A stretch of DNA of 64,000 nt from contig CAVSHB010000003.1 of assembly GCA_963727775.1 (NCBI GenBank), positions 448,001-512,000 of the forward strand. Direction: 5' to 3'. Of this stretch, positions 49,048 through 61,778 are shown piece after piece. Under the pieces are notes generated by a model, which worked only from the letters and a program-made list of their open reading frames with translations, ran no database searches and was not told where the DNA came from. Source of the DNA: an uncultured Nitrospiraceae bacterium. Lineage in GTDB: Bacteria > Nitrospirota > Thermodesulfovibrionia > Thermodesulfovibrionales > SM23-35. The position numbers and the translations under genes were made by a program. Within the stretch, counting starts at the first letter, position 1. The number at the start of each line of letters is the position of its first letter.

Positions 49048-50528
49048 TGTTAGCAATTTTTTAAAAGTGAACTCTTTAAGAATTAAAAGTGAACCCTTGT
49101 TAAAGGACGGAATAGGAAGGAAATGAACGAAGTGAAAGAGTGCGTTTTTCACTTCGTTCATTTTTGCTTTACCATATCGGCAAATTCAAATCCTTATTTT
49201 TAGCTCGTTGGACGTCAACGAGGTGGCCGTTGCACCAGAATCTGACTTCAGAGAGAATCTTGTTCATGGGATAAATGCGGATATTCACCTTTTCACCTGG
49301 GGTAACATGATTAATTTTCAGGACCAGGTTATTGATGGATATTCTACGGTGAGAATCAACAGTTCTGTTAAGCCTTAGACAAAATATATCTTTGGGGGAT
49401 TGATAGGGAGGGATAACTTTGAACCGTCTAAAAAGGGACGTACCTTCTTTTAATGCTTTTTGGAATCTGAAATATGGGACTTCCTGAATTGTGGAATGTA
49501 CCTGACGGTAATTATATCTGTGGATTTCCTGATTGAGTATAGTTTGCGCTCGACTTATATCAGCCACATCTTCTCTGACACATGTTCTGACAAGTCTATC
49601 TTGGAGCCATTGATAAGGCCGTTCAATCTTCCCTTTTGCTTGGGGAGATAATGCATAGATGATTTTTACGTTGCAGTCATATAGAACCTGCTTCCATTGA
49701 GGGTCTGCTTCATCAGTTATCTTATGATGCTTGCGCCAGAAAGAGTCTCTGCCCTGCACAAACCGGAAGATAGAGTGTGAATCAACATAATAGGAGAAGG
49801 GTAAGCCGTGTGTAAGGATCAGGCTTTCCAGAGCGAGGATATGTGCCCACGAGGTTTCCTTCTTCAGCAATTTTGCGTAGAGGATATAACGGCTGTAATC
49901 ATCCAGAGAAGTGATCAAATACCATTTCTCTTGCGCGTTCGGTGCCCAAAGGTGATAGGAGGAATCATGCTGGATCAATTCCCCGGCATAGTTGGTCAAT
50001 ACTTCCCGGTCATGAACGGTTCTTTTTGGCTTCCTCAGATAAAAGTCGTTCTTCTTGGCTCTGTCAATGATCGTAGATAGAGCCACCGTCTGCTTATATT
50101 GCCTTTCCAGACGATCTTTGATATAGCTGTAGTTGTAAGAGCGGACGGGTACATCTTTGTCCTCTATCAACTTCTTCTCAATTACTAATTCTTTTAAAAT
50201 ATTGAATTCTACCGCTTCGGGTATCGCTCGGGTTTTGCCTTTCCGTACATACTGTATCGTGAATGCGGAAGGATTATAACGATATGCTTTTACTAAAGCA
50301 AAGAACCTTGTTTTGTTAATCCCAAGAATCTCTTGGAGATATTTTCTCCCTACCTCTTCCCTTAGATATTTCTCGATCAGTTCCTTGACTTGTTCATCGG
50401 TGAACTTCCTGTGTAACTGTGTCAAAATACGAGCCTCCTTTTTTGATGCTCATATTACACTTTCTCAGGTGTTCACTTTTAATTCATAAATTCGATTATA
50501 ACGGTTCACTTTTAATTCGTAACTGACA
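49048..50528 (-). mobile_element. IS1202-family insertion sequence with a 16-bp target duplication
   Basis: TGT...ACA ends, TTAAAAGTGAAC twice at each end, and ATAATTCATCACTCAT at 49032-49047 and 50529-50544. Confidence 0.85.
49169..50425 (-). CDS. DDE transposase (IS1202/IS481-like)
   Basis: GELIQHDSSYHLW, YYVDSHSIF and SPQAKGKIER..LQDRL. Confidence 0.9.
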   Translation of the reverse strand: MTQLHRKFTDEQVKELIEKYLREEVGRKYLQEILGINKTRFFALVKAYRYNPSAFTIQYVRKGKTRAIPEAVEFNILKELVIEKKLIEDKDVPVRSYNYSYIKDRLERQYKQTVALSTIIDRAKKNDFYLRKPKRTVHDREVLTNYAGELIQHDSSYHLWAPNAQEKWYLITSLDDYSRYILYAKLLKKETSWAHILALESLILTHGLPFSYYVDSHSIFRFVQGRDSFWRKHHKITDEADPQWKQVLYDCNVKIIYALSPQAKGKIERPYQWLQDRLVRTCVREDVADISRAQTILNQEIHRYNYRQVHSTIQEVPYFRFQKALKEGTSLFRRFKVIPPYQSPKDIFCLRLNRTVDSHRRISINNLVLKINHVTPGEKVNIRIYPMNKILSEVRFWCNGHLVDVQRAKNKDLNLPIW

Positions 50529-50580
50529 ATAATTCATCACTCATTTGACAGTATCCCCGGTTCTATGGTTAAATAGATAA

Positions 50581-50686
50581 CTTTTAAGAATGGCCCTGCG
50601 AGGCCAAGAAAGTAGAGGAGACAGCGTGAGCTGCGAAACACACAGAAGAGAGATAAACCTTCCGAATCAAAGGGAAGGTTTTTTTA
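50581..50686 (+). promoter_or_regulatory. PyrR-binding attenuator leader
   Basis: TGGCCCTGCGAGGCCA resembles the PyrR loop consensus UCCNGNGAGGY; TTGACA at 50545; lies upstream of pyrR. Confidence 0.75.
50655..50686 (+). terminator. Intrinsic terminator of the pyr leader
   Basis: AAACCTTCC...GGAAGGTTT stem followed by a T tract. Confidence 0.75.
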
Positions 50687-50738
50687 TGCCTTTTTCTAAC
50701 ATCTGCATTACTTCAATTGGAGTCAAAGGGTCCATATT

Positions 50739-51296
50739 ATGTCTAAAGAATTAATGAACAAAAAGGATATCGACAGGGCTTTGACGCGGATGGCCCATGA
50801 GATAATAGAAAAAAACAAGGGCACAGGCAAGCTCTGTCTTGTGGGCATACAGCGGGGCGGGGTATACCTTGCCCAGAGGCTTGCTGCCAAGATCAAAGAG
50901 ATAGAAAAAAAGGAAATCCCCGTAGGGTCTTTGGACATAGCATTTTACAGGGATGACCTGAGTATAAGAAAGCAGCAGCCTGTGGTGAGGAGAACAGAGG
51001 TCCCTTTTGAAATTACAGATTTAAAAATAATACTCGTTGACGATGTCCTTTTTACGGGCAGGTCTATCAGGGCTGCTATGGATGCGCTTATGGACCTTGG
51101 AAGGCCCGCGGTAATCCAGCTTACCGTCCTGATAGACAGAGGACACCGGCAGCTCCCGATAAAGGCTGATTATGTGGGGAAAAACATTCCCACGGCCTTA
51201 AGCGAGACGGTCGAGGTCCAACTCGAAGAAGAAGGGTTCGGAGACAGGGTTATGCTCGAAAAAGCAGGGACTGAGGAAGGAAAAAGTGCTGAATAG
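50739..51296 (+). CDS. pyrR: Pyrimidine regulator / uracil PRTase
   Basis: [20 protein letters not shown] and [10 protein letters not shown]. Confidence 0.96.
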   Translation: MSKELMNKKDIDRALTRMAHEIIEKNKGTGKLCLVGIQRGGVYLAQRLAAKIKEIEKKEIPVGSLDIAFYRDDLSIRKQQPVVRRTEVPFEITDLKIILVDDVLFTGRSIRAAMDALMDLGRPAVIQLTVLIDRGHRQLPIKADYVGKNIPTALSETVEVQLEEEGFGDRVMLEKAGTEEGKSAE

Positions 51297-52206
51297 CAAA
51301 GACTTGCTCGGGATAAAAGAACTCTCCATCGAAGAGATAAACCTAATCCTTGATACGGCAGCCGGATTTAAGGACGTGCTCGGAAGGGACATTAAGAAGG
51401 TCCCTGCTTTGCGCGGCAAGACCACGGTAAACCTCTTTTTTGAACCTTCTACCCGCACAAGAACGTCCTTTGAACTCGCCGCGAAGAGGCTCAGCACAGA
51501 TGTTATAAACTTTTCTGTCCCGACAAGCAGCGTAGTCAAAGGGGAGAGTCTGATCGATACAGCCCTGGCCGTCCAGGCCCTCGGCGCTGATTTTATAATC
51601 ATCAGGCATTCTTCGTCCGGGGTGCCGCATCTCCTCGCGAAAAACCTCAAATCCTCGGTCATCAATGCAGGAGACGGAACGAACGAACACCCCACACAGG
51701 CGCTCCTCGATGCTTTTACGATACTGGAAAAGAAAGGACGGATCAGAGATCTTGAGATTGCGATTGTTGGCGACATCATCCACAGCAGAGTGGCAAAATC
51801 GAATATTTATAGTCTGATCAAGCTTGGAGCAAAGGTCAGGCTGATCGGCCCACCGACACTGATACCGGAGGAGATAAAGGGCTTGGGCATCGATATTTTC
51901 CATAACATGGAAGACGGTCTGAAAGATGCGGATGTTCTTATGATGCTCCGGATACAGATGGAGAGACAGGGCAAAGGCTTCTTCCCCTCCACTGATGAAT
52001 ATTCGAAGAACTGGGGATTGACAGAGGCAAGGCTGTCATTGGCAAAGGATGATGTAATCGTTATGCATCCGGGTCCGATGAACCGCGGGATAGAGATCGC
52101 TTCCGAGATCGCAGACGGTCCGAGATCAGTAATTCTCGAACAGGTCACAAACGGGATTGCCGTAAGAATGGCGGTCATGTATCTGCTCGCAGGAGTGAAA
52201 AGATGA
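51286..52206 (+). CDS. pyrB: Aspartate carbamoyltransferase
   Basis: [16 protein letters not shown] and HPGP. Confidence 0.96.
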   Translation: MLNSKDLLGIKELSIEEINLILDTAAGFKDVLGRDIKKVPALRGKTTVNLFFEPSTRTRTSFELAAKRLSTDVINFSVPTSSVVKGESLIDTALAVQALGADFIIIRHSSSGVPHLLAKNLKSSVINAGDGTNEHPTQALLDAFTILEKKGRIRDLEIAIVGDIIHSRVAKSNIYSLIKLGAKVRLIGPPTLIPEEIKGLGIDIFHNMEDGLKDADVLMMLRIQMERQGKGFFPSTDEYSKNWGLTEARLSLAKDDVIVMHPGPMNRGIEIASEIADGPRSVILEQVTNGIAVRMAVMYLLAGVKR

Positions 52207-53513
52207 ACATACTGATTAAAAATGGAAGTATCTTAGACCCGTCTCAGGAAATTGATGGAATCGGGGATATCCTTATAGAGGCTGGCAAGATAAAGGAAGT
52301 CCGGATCAAGGGCAGAGCGCAGAGCGCAGAGCGTAAAGCTCAGAATCCCGGATTGCAGAACTCGGATCTCCGGACTATCGATGCGAGCGGATTGTTGGTT
52401 TTTCCCGGGCTTATCGATATGCACGTACATCTGAGGGAGCCGGGCTTCGAATACAAAGAAACAATAAAGACCGGGACCATGGCCGCAATCAAAGGCGGCT
52501 TTACCACGGTCTGTTGCATGCCGAACACCTTCCCTGTGAACGACAATGCGAGCGTTACGGAATTCATAAAAAGAAAGGCTTCGCAGGAAGGTTGTTGTTC
52601 AGTCCTGCCGATCGGCGCGATAACGAAAGGCCAGAAAGGCAAAGAGCTTGCAGAGATAGGCACCATGAGGAATGAAGGTTGCATCGCTTTTTCCGATGAC
52701 GGACAGCCGGTCATGAGCAGCCTTATCATGAGAAGGGCGCTTGAATATTCGAAGGCATTCAATGTGCCGGTAATCTCTCACTGCGAAGACCTCACCCTTT
52801 CCGAAGATGGAGTAATGAACGAAGGACTTATGTCCATAACACTCGGACTGAAAGGTACCCCTGTCGAGGCCGAACAGATAATGATCTTCAGGGATATTTT
52901 GCTGGCGGAGCTGACGGGCGGGAAATTGCATATCGCCCATGTTTCAACAGAAGGCTCGGTGGATCTGATCAGGAACGCAAAGAAAAGAGGGGTCCATGTT
53001 ACTGCAGAGACATGCCCTCACTATTTCAGCCTCACCGAAGAGGCTGTACAAGGTTATAATACGAATGCCAAGGTGAATCCCCCCCTAAGGACCGCGCGAG
53101 ATGTAGAAGCGATAAAAGAGGGGTTAAGAGACTGCACGATCGATGTGATCGTCACTGACCACGCTCCTCATCACAGGGATGAAAAACTGAGAGAATTTGA
53201 TATGGCGCCCTTCGGTATATCAGGACTCGATACGGCCTTGGGTTTAAGTTTGATGTTAGTCAAGAAAGGCATTCTTACACCGGTCCAGTTGGTCGAAAAG
53301 ATGGCCTGGAATCCTGCAAAGATTTTAGGAATAGACCGGGGGACTTTCAGGCCCGGCTCCGATGCGGATGTGGTCATCGTGGATGAGAACAAGGAATTCA
53401 GGGTTGATCCCGAACGTTTTATCTCAAAAGGGAGAAACACTCCCTTCGCAGGGTGGCCTTTAGAAGGCATGCCTGTTTTCACGATATACAGGGGAAAACT
53501 TTATGAATGGTAA
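52203..53513 (+). CDS. pyrC: Dihydroorotase
   Basis: [17 protein letters not shown] and TDHAPH. Confidence 0.95.
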   Translation: MNILIKNGSILDPSQEIDGIGDILIEAGKIKEVRIKGRAQSAERKAQNPGLQNSDLRTIDASGLLVFPGLIDMHVHLREPGFEYKETIKTGTMAAIKGGFTTVCCMPNTFPVNDNASVTEFIKRKASQEGCCSVLPIGAITKGQKGKELAEIGTMRNEGCIAFSDDGQPVMSSLIMRRALEYSKAFNVPVISHCEDLTLSEDGVMNEGLMSITLGLKGTPVEAEQIMIFRDILLAELTGGKLHIAHVSTEGSVDLIRNAKKRGVHVTAETCPHYFSLTEEAVQGYNTNAKVNPPLRTARDVEAIKEGLRDCTIDVIVTDHAPHHRDEKLREFDMAPFGISGLDTALGLSLMLVKKGILTPVQLVEKMAWNPAKILGIDRGTFRPGSDADVVIVDENKEFRVDPERFISKGRNTPFAGWPLEGMPVFTIYRGKLYEW

Positions 53514-54621
53514 AGCTTTATTAGTACTCTCCGACGGGATGGTTTTTGAGGGCCATGGATTCGGCTTTGACGGCGAAACCATCGGAGAGATCGTATTCAA
53601 CACGTCGATGACTGGATACCAGGAAATACTTACCGATCCTTCATATAAAGGCCAGATAGTTACCATGACATACCCCCAGATAGGCAATTACGGCATTAAT
53701 GAGGAAGACATTGAATCTTTAAGTGGTCCTAAGGTAGAGGGATTTGTGGTTAAAGAACATATCGATTTCCCAAGTAACTGGAGATCTTCTCTGTCCCTTG
53801 GCCGATATCTCAAGGACAATAAAATAGTTTGCATAGAAGGTATTGATACGCGGGCTTTGACAAGACACCTGAGAGATTACGGGGCTCAGACGGGAATAAT
53901 CTCTGCGATTGATCTTAATCCTGAAAGTCTTTTAGAAAAAGTCAGAAAACATCCCGGAATCTCTGCTTTTGATCTTGTCAAAGATGTGACAGCCAGAGAA
54001 AAATATATATGGAAAGAAGGCTGCTGGAAATGGTGTGTCGTTGAAAAAGGCAAAGCTGTACTAAAGGTGGTGGTTTATGATTTTGGTGTTAAATTCAACA
54101 TCTTAAGAAACCTTGTCGAAGCCGGCTTCGAAGTTACGGTTGTGCCTGCTCAGACACCCGCAGAAGCAGTGCTCGAAATGGAGCCCGATGGTATTATCCT
54201 GAGCAACGGGCCGGGAGATCCCGAGACCGTAACGTATGGCATCGAAAACGCAAATAAGCTTATGGGGAAGAAGCCGATCTTCGGCATCTGTCTCGGCCAT
54301 CAGATACTCGGTCTCGCAATGGGCGGGAGGACATATAAACTGAAATTCGGACATCACGGCGGCAATCATCCCGTAAAGGACTTATCTACGGGCAGGATAG
54401 AAATAACCTCACAGAACCATAACTACTGCGTAGATATCGAAAGTGTCAAAGGCAAGGCTGTGTTGACCCATAAGAATCTCTATGATGGGACGGAAGAAGG
54501 CATGCGGCATGTTGAATATCCCGTATTCTCTGTCCAGCACCATCCTGAAGCCGGCCCTGGTCCTAACGATTCTGCCCACCTGTTCAAAAGATTCAGAGAA
54601 TTGATAGAGAGCTATAAATAA
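53503..54621 (+). CDS. carA: Carbamoyl-phosphate synthase small subunit
   Basis: FNTSMTGYQE, GICLGHQ and HPE. Confidence 0.96.
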   Translation: MNGKALLVLSDGMVFEGHGFGFDGETIGEIVFNTSMTGYQEILTDPSYKGQIVTMTYPQIGNYGINEEDIESLSGPKVEGFVVKEHIDFPSNWRSSLSLGRYLKDNKIVCIEGIDTRALTRHLRDYGAQTGIISAIDLNPESLLEKVRKHPGISAFDLVKDVTAREKYIWKEGCWKWCVVEKGKAVLKVVVYDFGVKFNILRNLVEAGFEVTVVPAQTPAEAVLEMEPDGIILSNGPGDPETVTYGIENANKLMGKKPIFGICLGHQILGLAMGGRTYKLKFGHHGGNHPVKDLSTGRIEITSQNHNYCVDIESVKGKAVLTHKNLYDGTEEGMRHVEYPVFSVQHHPEAGPGPNDSAHLFKRFRELIESYK

Positions 54622-55113
54622 ATGGATTTAGATTTTCAGGACATATTTAAGGAGCTTAATAAACTGCAAATTGATTACCTTGTTGTGGGAGGACTTGCGG
54701 TCAACTTTCATGGTGTTCCGAGAATGACTTACGATATTGATTTTATGATATTACTCGAAGAAAAAAATGTCGGTAAGTTAGTTTCAAAGCTTACCGCTTG
54801 GGGGTACCGTCCGAAAGCTCCCATTAATCCGATGGAACTTGCCGATGAGGCAAAGAGAAACTCCTGGATAAAAGAAAAAGGAATGAAGGCAGTAAACTTT
54901 TTCAGTGAGACATCGCCTATAGGAGAAATTGATATCGTTTTTGATTCACCGATTCCGTATAGCGAATTAAAAAGCAGAGCAGTTATGATTGAGATTGAAG
55001 GAGAAAGAATCCCGACTGTCTCAATCCATGACCTTATAAAGCTTAAGCAGAAGGCAGGGCGGAAACAAGATATTGCGGATATGGAATATCTTAAAATAAT
55101 TTTGGAGAAATAA
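54622..55113 (+). CDS. Nucleotidyltransferase-fold protein (TA-like)
   Basis: VVGGLAV..HG.PR.T.DID and LIKLK..AGR.QD..D. Confidence 0.8.
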   Translation: MDLDFQDIFKELNKLQIDYLVVGGLAVNFHGVPRMTYDIDFMILLEEKNVGKLVSKLTAWGYRPKAPINPMELADEAKRNSWIKEKGMKAVNFFSETSPIGEIDIVFDSPIPYSELKSRAVMIEIEGERIPTVSIHDLIKLKQKAGRKQDIADMEYLKIILEK

Positions 55114-55289
55114 TGGAAAATCAGAGAAAAGGATTTAGTTATACGGTGAGCAAAGAACAATTGGATGACTACCGTAAATGGCCTATAGAACGCCGGCTGA
55201 AGTGGCTTTATTTTGCCAACAAGATGAGAAACTCCCTCCCGCGAAAGACTATTGAGATTCAGGAATTGTTTCGTAATGGAAAGATATAG
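55113..55289 (+). CDS. Small hypothetical protein (58 aa), partner of the NTase
   Basis: Below the ORF-track cutoff; MENQRKGFSYTVSKEQLDDYRKWPIERRLKWL...; TAATG coupling to the upstream gene. Confidence 0.6.
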   Translation: MENQRKGFSYTVSKEQLDDYRKWPIERRLKWLYFANKMRNSLPRKTIEIQELFRNGKI

Positions 55290-55292
55290 ATT

Positions 55293-58200
55293 ATGCCGAA
55301 AAGAACTGATATCAGGAAAATCCTTCTTATAGGCTCCGGTCCGATCATCATAGGCCAGGCGTGCGAGTTTGATTATTCAGGCACACAGGCGTGCAAGGCT
55401 CTGAGGGAAGAAGGGTACAAGGTTGTTCTTGTAAATTCTAATCCTGCAACGATTATGACGGATCCCGAGACGGCTGATGTGACTTATATAGAGCCATTAA
55501 CCGCGGACATTCTTGAGATGATCATAGAAAAAGAAAAGCCCGATGCCATTCTGCCGACGATGGGCGGTCAGACCGCATTAAACCTGGCTGTTGAACTCGC
55601 CGAGAAAGGGGTCCTGGATAAATTTGGAATAGAGCTCATTGGCGCAAAACTCCATGCAATAAAAAAGGCGGAGGACCGGGAGCTCTTTAAGGAAGCCATG
55701 AAAAAGATAGGACTCGAGGTCCCTAAATCCTCACATGTGAGTTCACTGAAAGAAGGACTGGAGGCAATTGATGAAATCGGATTTCCGGCGATACTCAGAC
55801 CATCGTTCACTCTCGGCGGCACCGGCGGAGGCATAGCATACAATTTAGAGGAATATCAAGAATTGCTCGAACACGGCCTCAAACTCAGCCCGGTCAGGCA
55901 GGTGCTTGTCGAGGAATCCGCCATCGGGTGGAAGGAGTATGAGCTTGAGGTTATGCGCGATGGGAAAGACAATGTCGTTATCATCTGCTCCATAGAAAAC
56001 TTTGACCCTATGGGGGTCCATACGGGTGACTCGATTACTGTTGCTCCTGCCCAGACCTTAAGCGATAAAGAATATCAAAGGATGCGTGACGCGTCTATCG
56101 CAATCATACGCGAGATAGGCGTTGATACGGGCGGCTCGAATATCCAGTTTGCCCTGAATCAGAATAACGGTAAAATGGTGGTAATCGAAATGAACCCGAG
56201 GGTATCAAGGAGTTCGGCCCTTGCTTCAAAGGCAACGGGATTTCCTATAGCAAAGATCGCAGCAAAGCTTGCAATCGGCCTGAGTCTGGATGAGATTCCC
56301 AATGACATCACGAGAGAGACCCCCGCATCGTTTGAACCGACCATTGATTATGTTGTGACTAAGTTCCCGAGGTTTGCATTTGAAAAATTTCCCGAAGCAG
56401 ACCCGACATTGACTACACAGATGAAGTCTGTTGGAGAAGTGATGTCGATAGGAAGGACCTTTAAGGAATCCCTGCAGAAGGCGATCAGGAGCCTTGAGAT
56501 CGGCACTCGCGGGCTTGAGGATGTCGATGCCGATATGACTCTGACCAAATCAAAACTGAAGACCCCGAATGCCGAAAGGATATGGTATATAGCCCATGCG
56601 ATGCGGGAAGGGATGAGCATTCAGGATATATACGAAATGACATGGATAGACCCCTGGTTTTTGCATAATATCAAACAGATCGTTGATATGGAAGAAAAGA
56701 TAAAATCGATAAGTTCGAAGTTCAAAGTTCAAAGTTTAAATCCTGAGATGATAGAGATGCTGAAGGAGGCCAAGCAGGCCGGGTTTTCCGACAGGCGGAT
56801 CGGACAATTACTTGGCGTGCAGGAAGCAGATATACGGCATATAAGGCAAAGGAATAATATCCGCGCAGTTTATAAAATGGTAGACACCTGCGCAGCTGAG
56901 TTTGTAGCATACACTCCATATCTTTATTCGACCTATGAAGTGCCATTTTATAAAGTTGAAGGTGAAAAGTTAAAAGTGAAAAGTGAAAGTCAGACCCCCC
57001 CGCAGCCCCCCCTTGGTAAGGGGGGGATTGAAGGAAAGGTCATAGAAAATGAGGCGAACCCGAGCAGCAGAAAGAAGATTATCATACTCGGCTCAGGACC
57101 GAATAGAATCGGACAGGGTATCGAATTTGATTATTGCTGCGTGCACGCGGTATTTGCGCTTAAGGAACTCGGCTTCGAAACTATAATGGTAAATTGTAAT
57201 CCCGAGACTGTCAGTACAGATTATGATACAGCCGACAGGCTCTACTTTGAGCCGTTGACCATAGAGGATGTATTGAATATCATCGAGACAGAGAAACCGG
57301 AAGGAGTCATCGTCCAGTTCGGCGGACAGACACCTTTGAAACTTGCCGTGCCTCTCGAGAAGGAAGGTGTGAGGATTCTCGGCACATCTCCCGATTCTAT
57401 AGACCGCGCCGAGGACCGTAAACGGTTCAAAGAGTTGCTGCATAAACTCGATCTCATGCAAGCTGAAAGCGATACGGCCATGTCTGTTGAAGAAGCGCTG
57501 TCAGCTGCGGAGAAGATTGGGTTTCCCGTTATGGTGAGACCGTCTTACGTGCTCGGCGGCAGGGCCATGGAGATAGTCTACGATGAAAAATCATTGAAGG
57601 ATTATATGAAGCGCGCGGTTAAAGCTTCGCCGGAACATCCGGTTCTTGTGGACAAGTATCTGGAGGACGCGATTGAGGTTGATGTTGATGCACTTTCTGA
57701 TGGGACAGACGTGATCATCGGCGGGGTAATGGAGCATATCGAGGAAGCGGGCATTCATTCAGGGGATTCTGCTTGTTCGCTGCCTCCCCATTCGCTGAGT
57801 CCCGAGATCGTTGAAGAGATAAAAAAGCAGGCAAAGGCGCTTGCAAAGGAGCTTGATGTCATCGGTTTGATGAATGTCCAATTTGCTGTTAAGAACCAGG
57901 ACATCTATATACTGGAGGTAAACCCCAGGGCTTCGAGGACCGTGCCCTTTGTGGGGAAGGCCACCGGAGTCCCATTGGCAAAGATAGCAGCAAAACTTAT
58001 GGCAGGAAAGACATTGCGGGAACTCGGGCTTACATCAGAAAAGCATATAAAACATATTGCAGTTAAAGAGGCGGTCTTCCCGTTTGATAGATTCCACGGA
58101 GTCGACGCGATACTCGGTCCTGAAATGAAATCAACCGGAGAAGTTATGGGAATAGACGAGGACTTCGGGCTTGCTTTTGGAAAGTCCCAGGCATCAAGCG

Positions 58201-58619
58201 GCAACAGAATTCCTTTGGCAGGAAAGATATTCATCAGTCTGAAAGATAAAGATAAACCGGCTTCTATCCCGATAGTTCAAAAACTTCTTGAACTCGGCCT
58301 TTCAGTCATTGCAACCAGAGGCACAGCAAAGTATCTGAAAGACCGCGGCCTTGAGGTTGAGATTATTAATAAGGTGACGGAAGGAAGGCCGCATGTTGTT
58401 GATTTAATCAAAAATAAAGGTATCCATTTTGTAATCAATACAGTTACCGGCGCGCAGGCCCAAAAAGACTCATTTTCAATCCGGCAAAGTGCCATTCAGT
58501 ACAGGGTTCCGTTTACGACTACGATATCCGGTGCGAGCGCCGTGGTGAATGCAATAGAAAAGCTCAAGAAGGAACATATCCATATAAAATCGATACAGGA
58601 ATATCATAAAGGCAGCTAA
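55293..58619 (+). CDS. carB: Carbamoyl-phosphate synthase large subunit
   Basis: [17 protein letters not shown], duplicated ATP-grasp domains and an MGS domain. Confidence 0.97.
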   Translation: MPKRTDIRKILLIGSGPIIIGQACEFDYSGTQACKALREEGYKVVLVNSNPATIMTDPETADVTYIEPLTADILEMIIEKEKPDAILPTMGGQTALNLAVELAEKGVLDKFGIELIGAKLHAIKKAEDRELFKEAMKKIGLEVPKSSHVSSLKEGLEAIDEIGFPAILRPSFTLGGTGGGIAYNLEEYQELLEHGLKLSPVRQVLVEESAIGWKEYELEVMRDGKDNVVIICSIENFDPMGVHTGDSITVAPAQTLSDKEYQRMRDASIAIIREIGVDTGGSNIQFALNQNNGKMVVIEMNPRVSRSSALASKATGFPIAKIAAKLAIGLSLDEIPNDITRETPASFEPTIDYVVTKFPRFAFEKFPEADPTLTTQMKSVGEVMSIGRTFKESLQKAIRSLEIGTRGLEDVDADMTLTKSKLKTPNAERIWYIAHAMREGMSIQDIYEMTWIDPWFLHNIKQIVDMEEKIKSISSKFKVQSLNPEMIEMLKEAKQAGFSDRRIGQLLGVQEADIRHIRQRNNIRAVYKMVDTCAAEFVAYTPYLYSTYEVPFYKVEGEKLKVKSESQTPPQPPLGKGGIEGKVIENEANPSSRKKIIILGSGPNRIGQGIEFDYCCVHAVFALKELGFETIMVNCNPETVSTDYDTADRLYFEPLTIEDVLNIIETEKPEGVIVQFGGQTPLKLAVPLEKEGVRILGTSPDSIDRAEDRKRFKELLHKLDLMQAESDTAMSVEEALSAAEKIGFPVMVRPSYVLGGRAMEIVYDEKSLKDYMKRAVKASPEHPVLVDKYLEDAIEVDVDALSDGTDVIIGGVMEHIEEAGIHSGDSACSLPPHSLSPEIVEEIKKQAKALAKELDVIGLMNVQFAVKNQDIYILEVNPRASRTVPFVGKATGVPLAKIAAKLMAGKTLRELGLTSEKHIKHIAVKEAVFPFDRFHGVDAILGPEMKSTGEVMGIDEDFGLAFGKSQASSGNRIPLAGKIFISLKDKDKPASIPIVQKLLELGLSVIATRGTAKYLKDRGLEVEIINKVTEGRPHVVDLIKNKGIHFVINTVTGAQAQKDSFSIRQSAIQYRVPFTTTISGASAVVNAIEKLKKEHIHIKSIQEYHKGS

Positions 58620-58716
58620 CGTGAAATTATGTAAAAATTGTGTTAGTATGAAAAGTTAGCCTTAGCTGCCGGCAGGCTATCAAATATGAATTATTGCGAG
58701 TAATCAGGGGGTAAGT

Positions 58717-59868
58717 ATGCTGGGGAAAAACTATTTCTTTACTTCAGAGTCTGTAACAGAGGGCCATCCGGATAAGATTGCTGATCAGATCTCGGATTCT
58801 GTGCTTGATGCAATAATTGCCAAAGATCCGGTTTCCAGAGTTGCCTGTGAGGCGCTCGTGACTACAGGGTTGGCATTTGTGGCAGGTGAAATCAGTACAA
58901 GTTGCTATGTTGAAATCCCCGACATTGTCAGGGAAACTATAAAAGATATCGGCTATACAAGGGCAAAATACGGGTTTGATTATGAGACGTGCGCGGTGAT
59001 CACCTCCATTCACGCACAGTCCTCGGATATTGCCCTCGGGGTTGATATCGGCGGCGCCGGAGACCAGGGACTCATGTTCGGTTTTGCGTGCAATGAAACT
59101 GAAGAACTTATGCCGCTGCCGATCCTGCTTGCGCATAAGCTTGCCATGAGGCTGGCAGAACTCCGCAAGAAGGACATCCTCAGCTATCTAAGACCCGATG
59201 GCAAGACGCAGGTTACTGTTGAATATAAAGACGGCAAACCCTTAAGGGTAGACAGCGTTGTCGTTTCAACACAACACAGCCCGGATGTTACCCTGAAAGA
59301 GATAAAGGAAGACGTTATCGAGAAAGTAATAAAGCCCACGATTTCTCCCAAGCTCCTTGATGAGGAGCATATTAAATATTTTGTTAACCCGACAGGCCGT
59401 TTTGTGATCGGAGGTCCGATGGGCGATACGGGGCTTACGGGCAGAAAGATTATTGTCGACAGTTACGGCGGAGTCGGAAGTCACGGCGGGGGTTGTTTTT
59501 CAGGAAAAGACCCGTCAAAGGTCGATAGGTCAGGTTCTTATATGGCCCGGTATGTAGCAAAAAATGTTGTTGCATCAGGGATAGCCGACAAAGTACAAAT
59601 TCAGCTCGCGTATGCAATTGGAGTTCCGGAGCCTGTATCTGTGCTCGCTGAGACATACGGAACCGGAAAGATACCTCAAAGGGAAATAGTGAAAATTATC
59701 AGGAAAAATTTCAATCTCACGCCGCAAGGCATGATCGATACCCTTAATCTCAGGAGGCCGATCTACAAAAAAACGGCTGCCTACGGTCATTTTGGAAGAA
59801 ACGACCCTGATTTTACCTGGGAGAAAACAGACAAGGCAGAGATATTAAAGAAAGAGGCAGGACTGTAA
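58717..59868 (+). CDS. metK: S-adenosylmethionine synthetase
   Basis: [19 protein letters not shown] and GGGCFSGKD. Confidence 0.97.
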   Translation: MLGKNYFFTSESVTEGHPDKIADQISDSVLDAIIAKDPVSRVACEALVTTGLAFVAGEISTSCYVEIPDIVRETIKDIGYTRAKYGFDYETCAVITSIHAQSSDIALGVDIGGAGDQGLMFGFACNETEELMPLPILLAHKLAMRLAELRKKDILSYLRPDGKTQVTVEYKDGKPLRVDSVVVSTQHSPDVTLKEIKEDVIEKVIKPTISPKLLDEEHIKYFVNPTGRFVIGGPMGDTGLTGRKIIVDSYGGVGSHGGGCFSGKDPSKVDRSGSYMARYVAKNVVASGIADKVQIQLAYAIGVPEPVSVLAETYGTGKIPQREIVKIIRKNFNLTPQGMIDTLNLRRPIYKKTAAYGHFGRNDPDFTWEKTDKAEILKKEAGL

Positions 59869-59939
59869 AAACCAGGTCAAGGTTCAGGTTTAGGGTAAGA
59901 TTTTTATTGACCTCAGCCTCAACCTTGACCTTTATCTAA

Positions 59940-61214
<1,275 letters not shown>

Positions 61215-61275
61215 ACCCGATAATACAAATATTGCTCAACAACATCTGTATTATCTTATTGTATTTTGGAGTAAT

Positions 61276-61716
61276 GTGAAGGGCAAGATAGTCTCTATCA
61301 ACATTAGCGATAAAAAGGGTGTCAGGAAAAAACCAGTTAAGGGAGCAATACTAAAGACAGACTTTGGTATAGAAGGCGATGCGCATGCTTCTTCGAAATG
61401 GCACAGGCAGGTCAGCCTTCTGGCGCTTGAGAGTATCAAGAAGATGCAGGCAATGGGGCTTAAGGTTAACCCCGGTGATTTTGCAGAGAATATAACGACA
61501 GAGGGGATAGACCTCCTTCAACTTCCGGTGGGCACAAAAATGACGATAGGCAATATTATTGAGGTTGAAGTAAGTCAGATAGGCAAGGTCTGTCATACCC
61601 GTTGCGAGATATATCGCCAGGCGGGAGATTGTGTCATGCCGAAAGAGGGAATCTTCGTGAAAGTCTTAAGAGGTGGTACTATCAAAGAAGGAGATGAAAT
61701 AGTAGTCGGAATGTAG
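61276..61716 (+). CDS. MOSC-domain protein
   Basis: GDAHA..HRQVSLL, GDFAENI and GKVCH..C..GDCVMP. Confidence 0.88.
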   Translation: MKGKIVSINISDKKGVRKKPVKGAILKTDFGIEGDAHASSKWHRQVSLLALESIKKMQAMGLKVNPGDFAENITTEGIDLLQLPVGTKMTIGNIIEVEVSQIGKVCHTRCEIYRQAGDCVMPKEGIFVKVLRGGTIKEGDEIVVGM

Positions 61717-61778
61717 CAGGCAGCAAACAGGTCCCCGGACTTTACTGTTGTCTACGTCTTCTGCCTACTGCCTGCTTA

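Noticed and set aside
58620..58716. SAM or SAH riboswitch upstream of metK
   Set aside because: The short leader lacks recognisable SAM-I/II or SAH core motifs.
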